Assembly: GCA_038087875.1 (NCBI GenBank)
Contig: JAXLNO010000600.1
Span: 186,001-250,000, forward strand
Direction: 5' to 3'
Length of the DNA stretch: 64,000 nucleotides
From: Malacoraja senta
Taxonomy: Eukaryota
A model generated the notes under the pieces. The model saw nothing but the letters and a program-made list of their open reading frames with translations. It did no database searches and had not been told where the DNA came from. Positions 1 to 13,413 of the stretch are shown here, piece by piece. A program made the translations under genes and the position numbers. Position 1 is the first letter of the stretch, and the number at the start of each line of letters is the position of its first letter.

Positions 1-335
1 AGGGACCCGCGAGCTCCCGATGTCACCGTCCACCGGGCCGGCGGCTGGAGCCTCCGAATCTCCGGGGTCGGGCCGCAGCTGCGCGCCACCACAGCTCCTC
101 CCGTTCCAAACTCGGCCAGCTCCGCGATGGTGAGTAAGTCCGCCGGCTCCGCGACTGGAGCCCCAGGTCGTTCCGTTGGAGGCCGCTCCACGGTGCTAGG
201 CCCCAACGACAACGGAGACCCGATAGAGAAAGGTCTGGTCTCCTGTGCAGGGAAAAGATTTTAAAAGTTTACCCACCCTACCCCCCGCCCCCCGCCCCCC
301 ACACATACCCAGTTAAAAAACCCACTATAAACGAA
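1..335 (-). mobile_element. Partial GC-rich non-coding interspersed repeat (same family as 53757-54520)
   Basis: Reverse-complement similarity to about 53840-54165 (e.g. GACCCGCGAGCTCCCGATGTC, GAGCCCCAGGTCGTTCC, CTAGGCCCCAACGACAACGGAGACCCGA). Confidence 0.7.
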
Positions 336-337
336 AC

Positions 338-1690
338 TCAAACGAAACAAAAAAAATAAATAAGACAATTTAACGAGCATTGATGTATATGTTGTAAACT
401 TTCGTCCCAAATATCTTTCGTTATAGGATGACCTAACTCATTTTCCCATGTGTATCTATATAGTTCCATCGGTGGTACCTCGTTGTTTAAGAGGGTATTA
501 TAAATATAAGCTATTAATTTTTCAGTGTTAGGATGCTTATTCAAACATTCATCAAGAATTTCTGGTTCCCTAGTCCTATAAACTTGTGTATTAGATTTAA
601 CATAATCTCTAATTTGTAGATATCTGAAGAAATTATTTGAGTGCAGTCCATGATTCTGTTGTAACTCTTGAAATGAAAGAAAGATACCTTTCCTATAAAG
701 ATGTCCAATCTTTTTAATTCCATAATTTTTCCATTGTGTGAAACCTTTATCCAATATGGATGGCTTGAATAAAGGATTATTTACAATGGGAAGACATAGT
801 GGTATATTATTCAATTTTAAAGCTTTTTTTAATTGTTTCCAAATTCGTATTCCACTATGTATTATAGGGTTCTCCTTATAAGTTTTTTTATGCAGTTTTG
901 TGGGAGCAAATATAATCGAACCCATTTCAAAAGGTAAACAGTCTTCCTTTTCCATCCTTAACCTATCTGGTTGTTGATCCATTTTTTCCAGCCAGAAATT
1001 CATGTTTTTAATATGGACTGCCCAGAAATAAAATAAGAAATTTGGCAAAGCCAAACCTCCATTGCTCTTTGACTTACATAAATGTTTTTTAGTTATTCTA
1101 TGATTCTTGTAATCCCAAATAAAGCTTGTAACAATGGAATCGACTTTTTTGGAAAAAAAAATTGGGATATATATCGGAATTAATTGAAATAGGTACAGTA
1201 GTTGCGGTAAGAAGATCATTTTTATAGCATTAATTCTACCAAGCATTGAAATGGGAAGTATTTTCCAGTGCTGAATATTCTTGTGTAATTTATTCAGTAA
1301 GGGAGGTAATTTTAGTTTAAATAAAGAGGTTTGTCTTAGTTACGTAGATTCCTAAATATTTAAGTTTATCTTTAACTATTTTAAAAGGGGATTGTTGTAA
1401 TGTATGTAAATTGAATTTTGTTATTGGCATGATTTTGCTTTTATTCCAGTTAATTCTATATCCTGAAAACTGACCAAATTGAATTATTAGATTTAATAGA
1501 TTTGGAATACTAGTTTCTAACTTTGTAATATATATTAGTACATCATCTGCATATAAAGACATTTTATTCCTTGTGTCTCTAGTGTTGTACCTGTGTATTC
1601 CTGGATGGGTTCTAACGCTTTCTGCTAATGGTTCAATTGCAAGAGCAAATAATAGTGGGGATAGTGAACATCCTTGTCTGCAAGCCTTTG
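338..1690 (-). mobile_element. L1/Tx1-type LINE ORF2 fragment (RT and C-terminal part), truncated and interrupted
   Basis: ORF 1317-1742 has RQGCSLSPLLFALAIEPLA, LYADD, SGYRINWNKS and KYLGI; ORF 338-1246 has GRINAIKM and GGLALPNF. These are L1-clade RT motifs. Confidence 0.88.
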
Positions 1691-1777
1691 TTTTTCTTAA
1701 CGGCACATGCACCGAGGTACAGTGAAATTCATTTTTGTGCACAGTTCACTATACAAAAGCACTGAGATAAATCTTAG

Positions 1778-2003
1778 GTAGACAAAAATGCTGGAGAAAC
1801 TCAGCGGGTGAGGCAGCATCTATGGAGCGAAGGAATAGGTGATGTTTTGGGTCGTGACCCTTCTTCAAACTGGTCTGAAGAAGGGTCTCGAACAGAAATG
1901 TCACCTATTCCTTCGCTCCAAAGATGCTGCCTCAACCGCTGAGTTTCTCCAGCATTTTTGTCTACCTTCGATTTTTCCAGTATCTGCAGTTCTTTCTTAA
2001 ACA
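1778..2003. mobile_element. Penelope-derived inverted-repeat (hairpin) element; representative of more than 20 copies in the window
   Basis: Arm GTAGACAAAAATGCTGGAGAAACTCAGCGGG... followed by its reverse complement and a tail ending TTCTTAAAC. 13-bp TSD AGATAAATCTTAG at 1765-1777 and 2004-2016. The same terminus bounds the GIY-YIG fragment at 47836. Confidence 0.75.
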
Positions 2004-2409
2004 AGATAAATCTTAGATAAGCTTCTCAGATACAGTACAAGTATAGTACTTCTTCTTAGGCCCCTCCCTCGGTCACGGCTGACCATGGGTGTCCCCAGAG
2101 TGCTATTCCCTATATGGAGGACGCCTGTGCATGACTTTGTTTAACGTGGGGAGACTGGTGCACAGACAGTCCTGGTCCTTGACAGATCTGGGTCAGGATC
2201 CAGTGGCATGGAGTCCAAGATGACCGGAGACCCTTTTCTGCTGCAGCCTTCATCCGCCTTCCCAGCCGTTGTGATGCACCGGTGAGGTCTTGGTTGGATT
2301 GCTCTTTGTCAGAGACTGTCGTGGTTAACTGATACTCAAAATTAACTCGGGCGACGCGGAGAATTCTTCAAGAAGTTCAAACCTTTATTTGCAAATCGAG
2401 GCTGGAACT

Positions 2410-2833
2410 CTCAAAGTATACTCTGGAGTTTAGAACGATGAGAGGGGATCTTATTGAAACATAAGATTATTAAGGGTTTGGACACGATAGAGGCAGGAAA
2501 CATGTTCCTGATGTTGGGGGAGTCCAGAACCAGGGGCCACAGTTTACGAATCAGGAGTAAGCCATTTAGAACGGAGATGAGAAAACACTTTTTCACACAG
2601 AGAGTTGTGAGTCTGTGGAATTCTCTGCCTCAGAGGGCGGTGGAGGCCGGTTCTCTGGATACTTTCAAGAGAGAGCTAGATAGGGCTCTTAAAGATAGCG
2701 GAGTCAGGGGATATGGGGAGAAGGCAGGAATGGGACACTGATTGTGGATGATGAGCCATGATCACATTGAATGGCGGTGCTGGCTCGAAGGGCCAAATGG
2801 CCTACTCCTGCACCTATTGTCTATTATCTATTA
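2410..2833 (+). mobile_element. CR1 (HER1-like) LINE 3' fragment; representative of about 20 short copies
   Basis: ESRTRGHSL...FFTQRVVSLWNSLP...FKRELD C-terminus and 3' end GGCTCGAAGGGCC-AATGGCCTACTCCTGCACCTATTGTCTATT. Similar copies at about 5833-6540, 9134-9486, 18233-18460, 19530-19972, 21942-22322, 36980-37406, 46525-47254, 55706-56136, 57270-57645, 60533-60800 and 62270-62813. Confidence 0.85.
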
Positions 2834-2969
2834 TGCTAAACTACTCTACCAAACGATACTAAACTAAATATACTAAACCAAACTAGATTAAGCATACTAA
2901 ACTAAACTACTATACTTAACTAAACTTGTGTAAGAAGGAACTGCAGATGCTGGTTTAAACCAAAGATTC

Positions 2970-4555
2970 AAGAGAGTTTATTGTCATGTGTCCCTGATAG
3001 GACAATGAAATTCTTGCTTTGCTTCAGCACAACAGAACATAGTAGGCATGAATACAGAACAGATCAGTGTGTCCATGTACCACTATATAAATATATACAC
3101 ACATGAATAAATAAACTGATGAAGTGCAAATAACAGATAATGGGCTATTAATGTTCATAGTTTTGTCCGAGCCAAGTTTAATAGCCTGATGGCTATGGGG
3201 AAGTAGCTATTCCTGAACCTGGTCGTTGCAGTCTTCAGGCTCCTGTACCTTCTACCTGAAGGTAGCAGGGAGATGAGTGTGTGGCCAGGATGGTGTGGGT
3301 TCTTGATGATGCTGCCAGCCTTTTTGAGGCAGCGACTGCGATAGATCCCCTCGATGGAAGGGAGGTCAGAGCCAATGATGGACTGGGCAGTGTTTAGTAC
3401 TTTTTGTAGTCTTTTCCTCTCCAGGGCGCTCAAGTTGCCGAACCAAGCCACGATGCAACCGGTCAGCATGCTCTCTACTGTGCACCTGTAGAAGTTAGAG
3501 AGAGTCCTCCTTGACAATCCGACTCTCCGTAATCTTCTCAGGAAGTAGAGGTACTGATGTGCTTTCTTAATAATTGCATCAGTGTTCTCGGACCAGGAAA
3601 GATCTTCAGAGATGTGCACGCCCAGGAATTTGAAGCTCTTGACCCTTTCAACCATCGACCCGTTGATATAAACGGGACTGTGGGTCCCCATCCTACTCCT
3701 TCCAAAGTCCACAGTCAGTTCCTTGGTTTTACTGGTGTTGAGGGCCGGGTTATTGTGCTGGCACCATATGGACAGTCGCTCGATCTCTCTTCTATACTCT
3801 GACTCATCCCCATCAGTGATACGTCCCACCACAGTGGTGTCGTCAGCGAACTTGATGATGGAGTTCGCACTATGTCCGGCTACGCAGTCATGAGTATAGA
3901 GTGAGTACAGCAGGGGGCTGAGCACGCAGCTTTGAGGTGCTCCCGTGCTGATTGTTATCGAGGCTGACATATTTCCACCAATACGAACAGACTGGTCTGT
4001 GAATGAGGAAGTCGAGGATCCAATTGCAGAGGGATGCGCAGAGACCCAGTTCTGCGAGTTTGGTAACCAGCTTGGAGAGGATGATTGAATTAAATGCCGA
4101 GCTGTAATCAATGAATAACAGCCTGACATATGAGTTTTTGTTGTCCAAGTGGTCCAGAGCGGAGTGGAGGGCCAGCGAGATCGCATCCACCGTTGATCTG
4201 TTGTGGCGGTAAGCGAACTGCAGTGGGTCCAGGTTTTTGTCGAGGTAGGAGTTGATTTGCGCCATGATCAACCTCTCAAAGCACTTCATCACCACAGACG
4301 TTAGTGTCACTGGTCGATAGTCATTGAGGCACGTCACCTTACTCTTCTTGGGCACTGGTATAATTGATGCCCTTTTAAAGCAGGTGGGAACCTCAGACCT
4401 CAGAAGTGAGAGATTGAAAATGTCCGTAAAAACTCCAGCCAGTTGGTCCGCACAGGTTTTTAGAACACGACTGGGTATACCATCAGGTCCAGGCGCTTTT
4501 CGAGGGTTCACCCCTCTGAAGGATTTCCTGACGTCGGCCTCTGTGACTGAGACTG
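2970..4555 (-). mobile_element. Rex1/Babar-type LINE, 5'-truncated, frameshifted RT
   Basis: ORF 3888-4598 has KAPGPDGIP...CADQLAGVFTDIFNLSL...LDPLQFAYR; ORF 3155-4186 has GAPQSCVLSPLLYSLYT...KFADD...FKFLGVHI. Shorter related pieces at about 9920-10611, 10850-11060, 20655-21056 and 43010-43390. Confidence 0.85.
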
Positions 4556-5176
4556 ATAGATACAAAAAGCTGGAGTAACTCAGTGGGACAGGCAGCATCT
4601 CTGGAGAGAAGGAATGGGTGATGTTTCGGGTCGAGACCCTTCTTCAAACGGGTTAAACTGAACTGCTATACTAAATTAAACTACAAAACTATATACTAAA
4701 CTAAGAAGGGTCTCAACCCGAAACGTCACCCATTCCTTCTCTCCATAGACGCTGCCTGTCCTGCTGAGTTAATCCAACATTGTGTCTACCTTCGATTTAA
4801 ACCAGCATCTGCAATTCTTTCCGACTAAACTAAACTACTATACTAAACTAAATGATTTAAAACTAAATTAAACCAAGCTGCTATACATCTAAACTAAATA
4901 AAATATACTAAACTAAACTACTTTACTTTACTTAAATCTCCATAAATGCTGCCGCACCCGCTGAGATTTTTGTTTTTGGATTGAATTCTCTCTTTAATTT
5001 GTGTACTCGTGATGTCTTTACTATTACTAAACAGTTTACTTTACTAAACTGTTTAAGAAGGAACTGCAGATGCTGGAAAATCGAAGGTACACAAAAATGC
5101 TGGAGAAACTCAGCGGGTGCAGCAGCATCTATGGAGCGAAGGAAATAGGCAACGTTTCGGGTCGAGTCCCTTCTTC

Positions 5177-5376
5177 NNNNNNNNNNNNNNNNNNNNNNNN
5201 NNNNNNNNNNNNNNNNNNNNNNNNNNNNNNNNNNNNNNNNNNNNNNNNNNNNNNNNNNNNNNNNNNNNNNNNNNNNNNNNNNNNNNNNNNNNNNNNNNNN
5301 NNNNNNNNNNNNNNNNNNNNNNNNNNNNNNNNNNNNNNNNNNNNNNNNNNNNNNNNNNNNNNNNNNNNNNNNNNNN
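5177..5376. other. Assembly gap (200 N)
   Basis: Run of N. Confidence 1.
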
Positions 5377-5593
5377 TGGAAACATCCTCTCCACATCCAC
5401 TCTATCCAGGCCTTTCATTATTCGGTAAGTTTCAATGAGGTCCCCCCCTCATCCTTCTAAACTCCTGCGAGTACAGGCCCAGTGCCGTCAAACGCTCATC
5501 GTGTGCAAAACTGGGCCAAGGTACAGGGAGCTTTGTGTTAAATAGTCTCTCATTTCAGCCGATTGTTGGTGCAAAGTTTTTTTAACTTGTCCC

Positions 5594-5599
5594 TTTATT
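5594..5599 (-). terminator. Candidate polyadenylation signal of PECR
   Basis: AATAAA on the minus strand about 100 nt downstream of the PECR stop codon. Confidence 0.6.
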
Positions 5600-5697
5600 G
5601 TTGTTAAGTAAGTTAGTGCTACTGTGCCACCTTGGATGGAAATGCAGATCGCTGAGGGCTGCTGACGGCTTCCCTGGATAAATCCTCACTCCCACTG

Positions 5698-5786
5698 CTA
5701 CAGCTTCGAGAGAGGTTTCCCCGAGAGGAAGGCGGCCAATAGGTCGGCATTCCTGCCCTTCGGAGGAGAGGGCCAGCGGGTGTGGT
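5698..5786 (-). CDS. PECR: PECR exon 8 (terminal coding exon)
   Basis: Acceptor ttttgtctctcctcAG, phase 1. Reads (D)HTRWPSPPKGRNADLLAAFLSGKPLSKL*, with C-terminal SKL (PTS1). Not in the ORF track in this frame. Confidence 0.93.
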
Positions 5787-6607
5787 CTGAGGAGAGACAA
5801 AACCGAGAACAGGTCACTGAGTACTTTTACGATAGACAATAGATGCAGGAGTAGGCCATTCGGCCCCGAGCCAGCACTGCCATTCAATGTAATCATGGCT
5901 GATCATCCCCAATCAGTACCCCATTCCTGCCTTCTCCCCATATCGCCTGACTCCCTCCGCTATCTTTAAGAGCCCTATCTAGCTCTCTCTTGAAAGTATC
6001 CAGAGAACCGGCCTCCACCGCCCTCTGAGGCAGAGAATTCCACATACTCACAACTCTCTGTGAAAAAGTGTTTCATCGTCTCCATTCTAAATGGCTTACC
6101 CCTTATTCTTAAACTGTGGCCCGGGTTCTGGACTCCCCCAACATCAGGAACATGTTTCCTGCCTCTAGCGTGTCCACCTGCCCGTACTTGATCCATATCC
6201 CTCCAAACCTGTCCTATCCATGTACCTGTCTAATTGTTTCTTAAATGTTGGGATGGTCCCAGCTTCAACTACCTCCTCTGGCAGCTCGTTCCATACACAC
6301 ACCACCCTTTGTGTGAAAAAGCTACGCCTCGGATTCCTATTAAATCTTTTCCCCTTCACCTTAAACCTCTGGTCCTCGATTCCCCTACTCTGGGCAAGAC
6401 ACTCTACCTGATCTATTCCTCTCATGATTTTATACACCTCTATAAGATCACCCCTCATCCTCCTGCGCTCCAAGGAATAGAGTCCCGGCCTACTCAACCT
6501 CTCCCTGTAGCTCACACCCTCTAGTCCTGGCAACATCCTCCTACTTTCTGACTATTGATGCAGAGGGTCCTCTGCTACTCTGGTTAAGTTTCATCATGGA
6601 AGACGTA

Positions 6608-8743
<2,136 letters not shown>

Positions 8744-11067
8744 TTAGTGTTTAAGCAGGAACTGCAGATGCTGGAAAATCGAAGGTAGACAAAAATGCTG
8801 GAGAAACTCAGCGGGTGAGGCAGCATCTATGAAGCGAAGGTCCTTCGCTCCATAGATGCTGCTGCACCCGCTGAGTTTCTCCAGCACTTTTGTCTACCTA
8901 GGGTTCAGTTTAGTTTGTTGTCACGTGTACCGAGATACAGTGAAAAGCTTTTGTTGCGTGCTATCCAGTGAGCAGAAAGACAACACGTGATTACAATCGA
9001 GCCGTTTACAGTGTGTATGGCGTCAGATGATGGGGTGTGTTCAAGCGTTCAAGTTACATTTATTGCCACACGTACCAATTGGTACAGTGAGATTTGGGTT
9101 ACCATACAGCCATACAAATAAAAAAGAACACAATAGACAATAGGTGCAGGAGTAGGCCATTCGGCCCCTTGAGCCAGCACCGCCATTCAATGTGATCATG
9201 GCTGATCATCCCTAATCAGTACCCCGTTCCTGCCTTCTCCCCATATACCCTGACTCCGCTATTTTTAAGAGCCCTATCTAGCTCTCTCTTGAAAGCATCC
9301 AGAGAACCGGCCTCCACCGCCCTCTGAGGCAGAGAATTCCACAGACTCACAACTCTCTGTGTGAGAAAGTGTTTCCTCATCTCCGTTCTAAATGGCTTAC
9401 TCCTTATTCTTAAGAAGTGGCCCCTGGTTCTGGACTCCCCCAACATCGAGAACATGTTTCCTGCCTCTAGCGTGTCCAAGCCCTTAACAATCGAGCCGTT
9501 TACAGTGTGTATGGCGTCAGATGACGGGGTGTGTTCAAGTTCAAGTTACATTTATTGCACCAATTGGTACAGTGAGATTTGAGTTACCATGCAGCCATAC
9601 GAATAAAAAGAACACAACACACAAGATAGAATTTAACGTGAAAATCCCCACACAGCAGAATCAACGTTTCACACTGTGAGGGAAGGCACGAAAGTTCAGT
9701 CAACTTCCTCATTGTTCACCCGTGGTCGGGGCCTTTGGGCCCTCCGCAGTCGCCGGTACGGACAGCCTGATGTTTCAGGCCCTCTCGCCTGGATGATCGG
9801 AGCTCCGGCGTCAGAACGGAGAACACTCTCAGCGGCTTGGAGTTTCCGAATCGGCCACTTCTTACAGGATGCGGCTCCCGAAGTCCACAGGCCGAGCTGG
9901 GTGGAGATTCAAGTGTCAAGTGTCAAGTGTCAAGTGAGTTTATTGTCATGTGTCCCTGGTAGGACAATGAAATTCTTGCTTTGCTTGAGCACAACAGAAC
10001 ATAGTAGGCATTTACTACAAGGCATTCTATAAATATATACACAATGGTCAATATACTGATAAAGTGCAAATAACAGTATTGGCTAGTAAATGTCAGTGTT
10101 ATATCCGAGCCAGGTTTAATAGCCTGATGGCTGTGGGGAAGTAGCTGTTCCTGAACCTGGTCGTTGCAGTCTTCAGGCTCCTGTACCTTCTACCTGAAGG
10201 TAGTAGGGAGATGAGTGTGTGGCCAGGATGGTGTGGGTCCTTGATGATGCTGCCAGCCTTTTTGAGGCAGCGACTGTGGTAGATCCCCGCGATGGAAGGG
10301 AGGTCAGAGCCGATGATGGACTGGGCAGTGTTTACTACTTTTTGTAGTCTTTTCCTCTCCAGGGTACTCAAGTTGCCGAACCAAGCCACGATGCAACCGG
10401 TCAGCATGCTCTCTACTGTGCACCTGTAGAAGTTAGAGAGAGTCCTCCTTGACAAACCGACTCTCCGTAATCTTCTCAGGAAGTAGAGGCGCTGATGTGC
10501 TTTCATAATAATGGCATCATTGTTCTCGGACCAGGAAAGATCTTCAGAGATGTGCACGCCCAGGAATTTGAAGCTCTTGACCCTTTCAACCATCGACCCG
10601 TTGATATAAACGCTGGTGACTCCCCGGCAAGGCGTCCGAGGACTCGGCGATGTTAAAGTCAGCGCCGCCCGCGGCTGGAAACTCCGCAGACCACAGCTCT
10701 GCGGTGTTAATGTCGGCAGGCCCAACACTCCAGAGCTCCACACGCCGATTCTCGGTAAGGCATCGCCCCGCTCCGTGGTGGAATTCAGTGCTGCGCCGCC
10801 GCTGAAGCTCTGGCCGGTCTCCGGCAGGAAAGGCCACGCCAATCCAGATGATAGTGGACACTGACCGCTCCGTCACGGATTCCGATCTCCCCACCATCGA
10901 AGGGATCTACAGGAGGCACTGCCTCAAAAAGGCAGCCAGCATCATCAGAGACCCACACCACCATGGCCACGCTCTCATCTCGCTGCGACCATCGGGAAGA
11001 AGGTACAGGAGCCTGAAAACCGTGACCTCCAGGTTCATGAACAGCTTCTTCCCTACAGGTTTTTATG

Positions 11068-11079
11068 AGTGTGTGTGTG

Positions 11080-11127
<48 letters not shown>

Positions 11128-11190
11128 TAAACATGTGTATACATATACACCTATATATATATATATACACACACCACGCACACACACACA
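11068..11190. repeat. (TG)n/(TA)n/(CA)n compound microsatellite
   Basis: Direct reading. Confidence 0.95.
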
Positions 11191-12081
11191 GAACATTTGT
11201 TTGCTCGTTGATTATATTGTTTACAGAGTACTATGTTTACATATTCTGTTGGGCTGCAGCACGTATCGCCATTGTGGAGCAGCAGTAGAGTTCCTGCCTT
11301 ACAGCGCTTGCAGCGCCAGAGACCCGGGTTCCATCCTGACTGTGGGTGCTGTCTGTACGGAGTTTGTACGTTCTTCCCGTGACCTGCGTGGGTTTTCTCC
11401 GGGTGCTCCGGTTTCCTCCCATACTCCAAAGACGTGCAGGTTTGGAGGTTCAATGGGTTAGGTTTGTCTATTTGGTATAATTGTAAATTGTCCCTAGTGT
11501 GTGTAGGATAGTGTTAAGGGCCTGTCCCACTTAGGCGACTTTTCAGCGGACTGCCTGCGATCTTCAAGCTCGCGGCTCTCGCCTGAAAAACCGCGAGCTG
11601 GATCGACCGTCAGAGCGGAACGAACACACACACACACACTCAAACACATTGCAAAGGCGGGGGGCAGGGCAAGCGGGGGAGCGCTGTCTGAAATTTACAC
11701 GGTGCAAAGCCAAGGTGATACAGACACACACCGCGATGAACAGGAAGGTTGGCGTTGTAATTAAGATGGCTAACACAGTGTACGGTAAGTCCTTTAAAAG
11801 AGGGGAGAAGGGGGAGAAGGAGTGGAGACAACTTTTAATAAGCCAGAGATACACAGCTGTGAAGCTTAGCGGACATTTAACATTACCAGTCGGTTTTCCT
11901 TGGTTCTGAAAACTCGTGCTTACATTTTTTTTCCCCAATGAGCCAATGAAAATGCCCGGTCAGCAAAGGCGATTAACTAAAACTACCTACGACTACCTCG
12001 ACTACCCATAACTACATGGCGACCCCACTACAACTGCACCTACGACTACAAAAGTATTGATTTTCTCCGTGGAATGCAATT

Positions 12082-13413
12082 TGATGCAGTACAGCAAGCT
12101 TCATCAGCCCTGAGGCACAAAGACATAGTGGGGCAAGTCCAGCAGGGAAGAGGAGGCTTTGGCCTTACGACAAGTAAACCAACTTGGCGAAAGGCCACAA
12201 CATCAGAGCGGAGGACGTTGGTGGTCGAGGAGGTGCGGCGACAGGAGGAGGCCGCAAGAAGTGCAAAGGCGGTCCCTCTTGCCAAACAGGGGCAATGGAT
12301 GCAGTGGGAAGGTGTGGAGCGGAGGAAGATCAGCTGGAAAGAACTATGGGAAATGGAAGCAAGCAAGATCAGCTTCATCATCAGAGCGACATATGCGTGC
12401 TTCCATCACCAAAGAACCTCCATCAGTGGTACGGCGAGGATCCAACCTGTGCCATCTGCCCAACTCCAGCAACCCTCAAACACATCATGGTAGGCTGCAA
12501 GACCAGCATCACGCAAGGGAGATACACGTGGCGGCATAATCAGGTACTAAAAAGCCTGGCATCAGCCCTTGAGAACAGGCGGTGTGCGACCAACTACTTG
12601 CCTCCGAGAGCAAGCAACCCGCCCCCCCCCCCCTAAGGGTAACAACCTTTGTCCGAGAAGGACAGAAAACATCTAAACTTCCTTCCACCAGATCAGAAGA
12701 AGGAAACCTATGCAGGGCCCGTGACTGGAGGATGCTGGCGGACATCGGCCGACAACAAATTTTTCCACCTGAAATTGCTTCCACCAACCTCAGGCCAGAC
12801 CTGGTGTTCTGCTCCCCTTCACAGAAGACTGCTTACATCATAGAGCTCACAGTTCCATGGGAGGACTCTGTTGAGGAGGCCTATGAGCGTAAGAAGCTGC
12901 GCTACGCAGAGCTTGCAGCAGAGGCAACACAGCGTGGCTGGAACACCAAAGTCTATCCAGTTGAAGTGGGATGCAGAGGATTTGTTGCGTCATCTACCAT
13001 CAGACTGCTGAAGGAGCTTGGAATCCATGGTCAGGCTCTGCGGAAGACCATAAGATCACTCTCAGAGGCGGCTGAAAGAAGCAGCCGATGGATTTGGCTC
13101 AAGCGGAAAGACCCATGCTGGGCCCCAAGTATGTCGGGGTGAATCTTTGGGACGGTTTGACACGGGACACGCGCTGAGGGTTGATCACCCTGCAGCGGGT
13201 CGCCCTTGTGGAGGGTGTATAGTGTTAAAAGGCCGAAACACCCAGTGATGCAAGGGTACCCTACTGATGATGTGTCCTGTGCCCAACTGTCCTGAAGGTT
13301 ACCCCCCCGATGTTGAGCGTCTACCACTCTCAACAATCAACGAATGTCGTGAAATGCTCCCCACCTATTGGCACAAGGGACTTCTTAACATCTTGTCCTG
13401 TGTACTTGATTCT
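12082..13413 (+). mobile_element. 5'-truncated Hero-type retrotransposon copy (3' 1.33 kb)
   Basis: Near-identical to 16025-17356. CCHC motif (CAIC...HIMVGC), RHN, and REL nuclease RPDLV...IIELTVPWE...KKLRY. Confidence 0.88.

Noticed and set aside
4932..5438. ORFs spanning the N run (also 50753-51097)
   Set aside because: Artefacts of assembly gaps.
11514..11530. TTAA-flanked Kolobok/piggyBac assignment for the CTGTCCCACTT elements
   Set aside because: Comparing three copies and rebuilding the host SINE fits a 3-bp TWA duplication better, so Harbinger-like is preferred.
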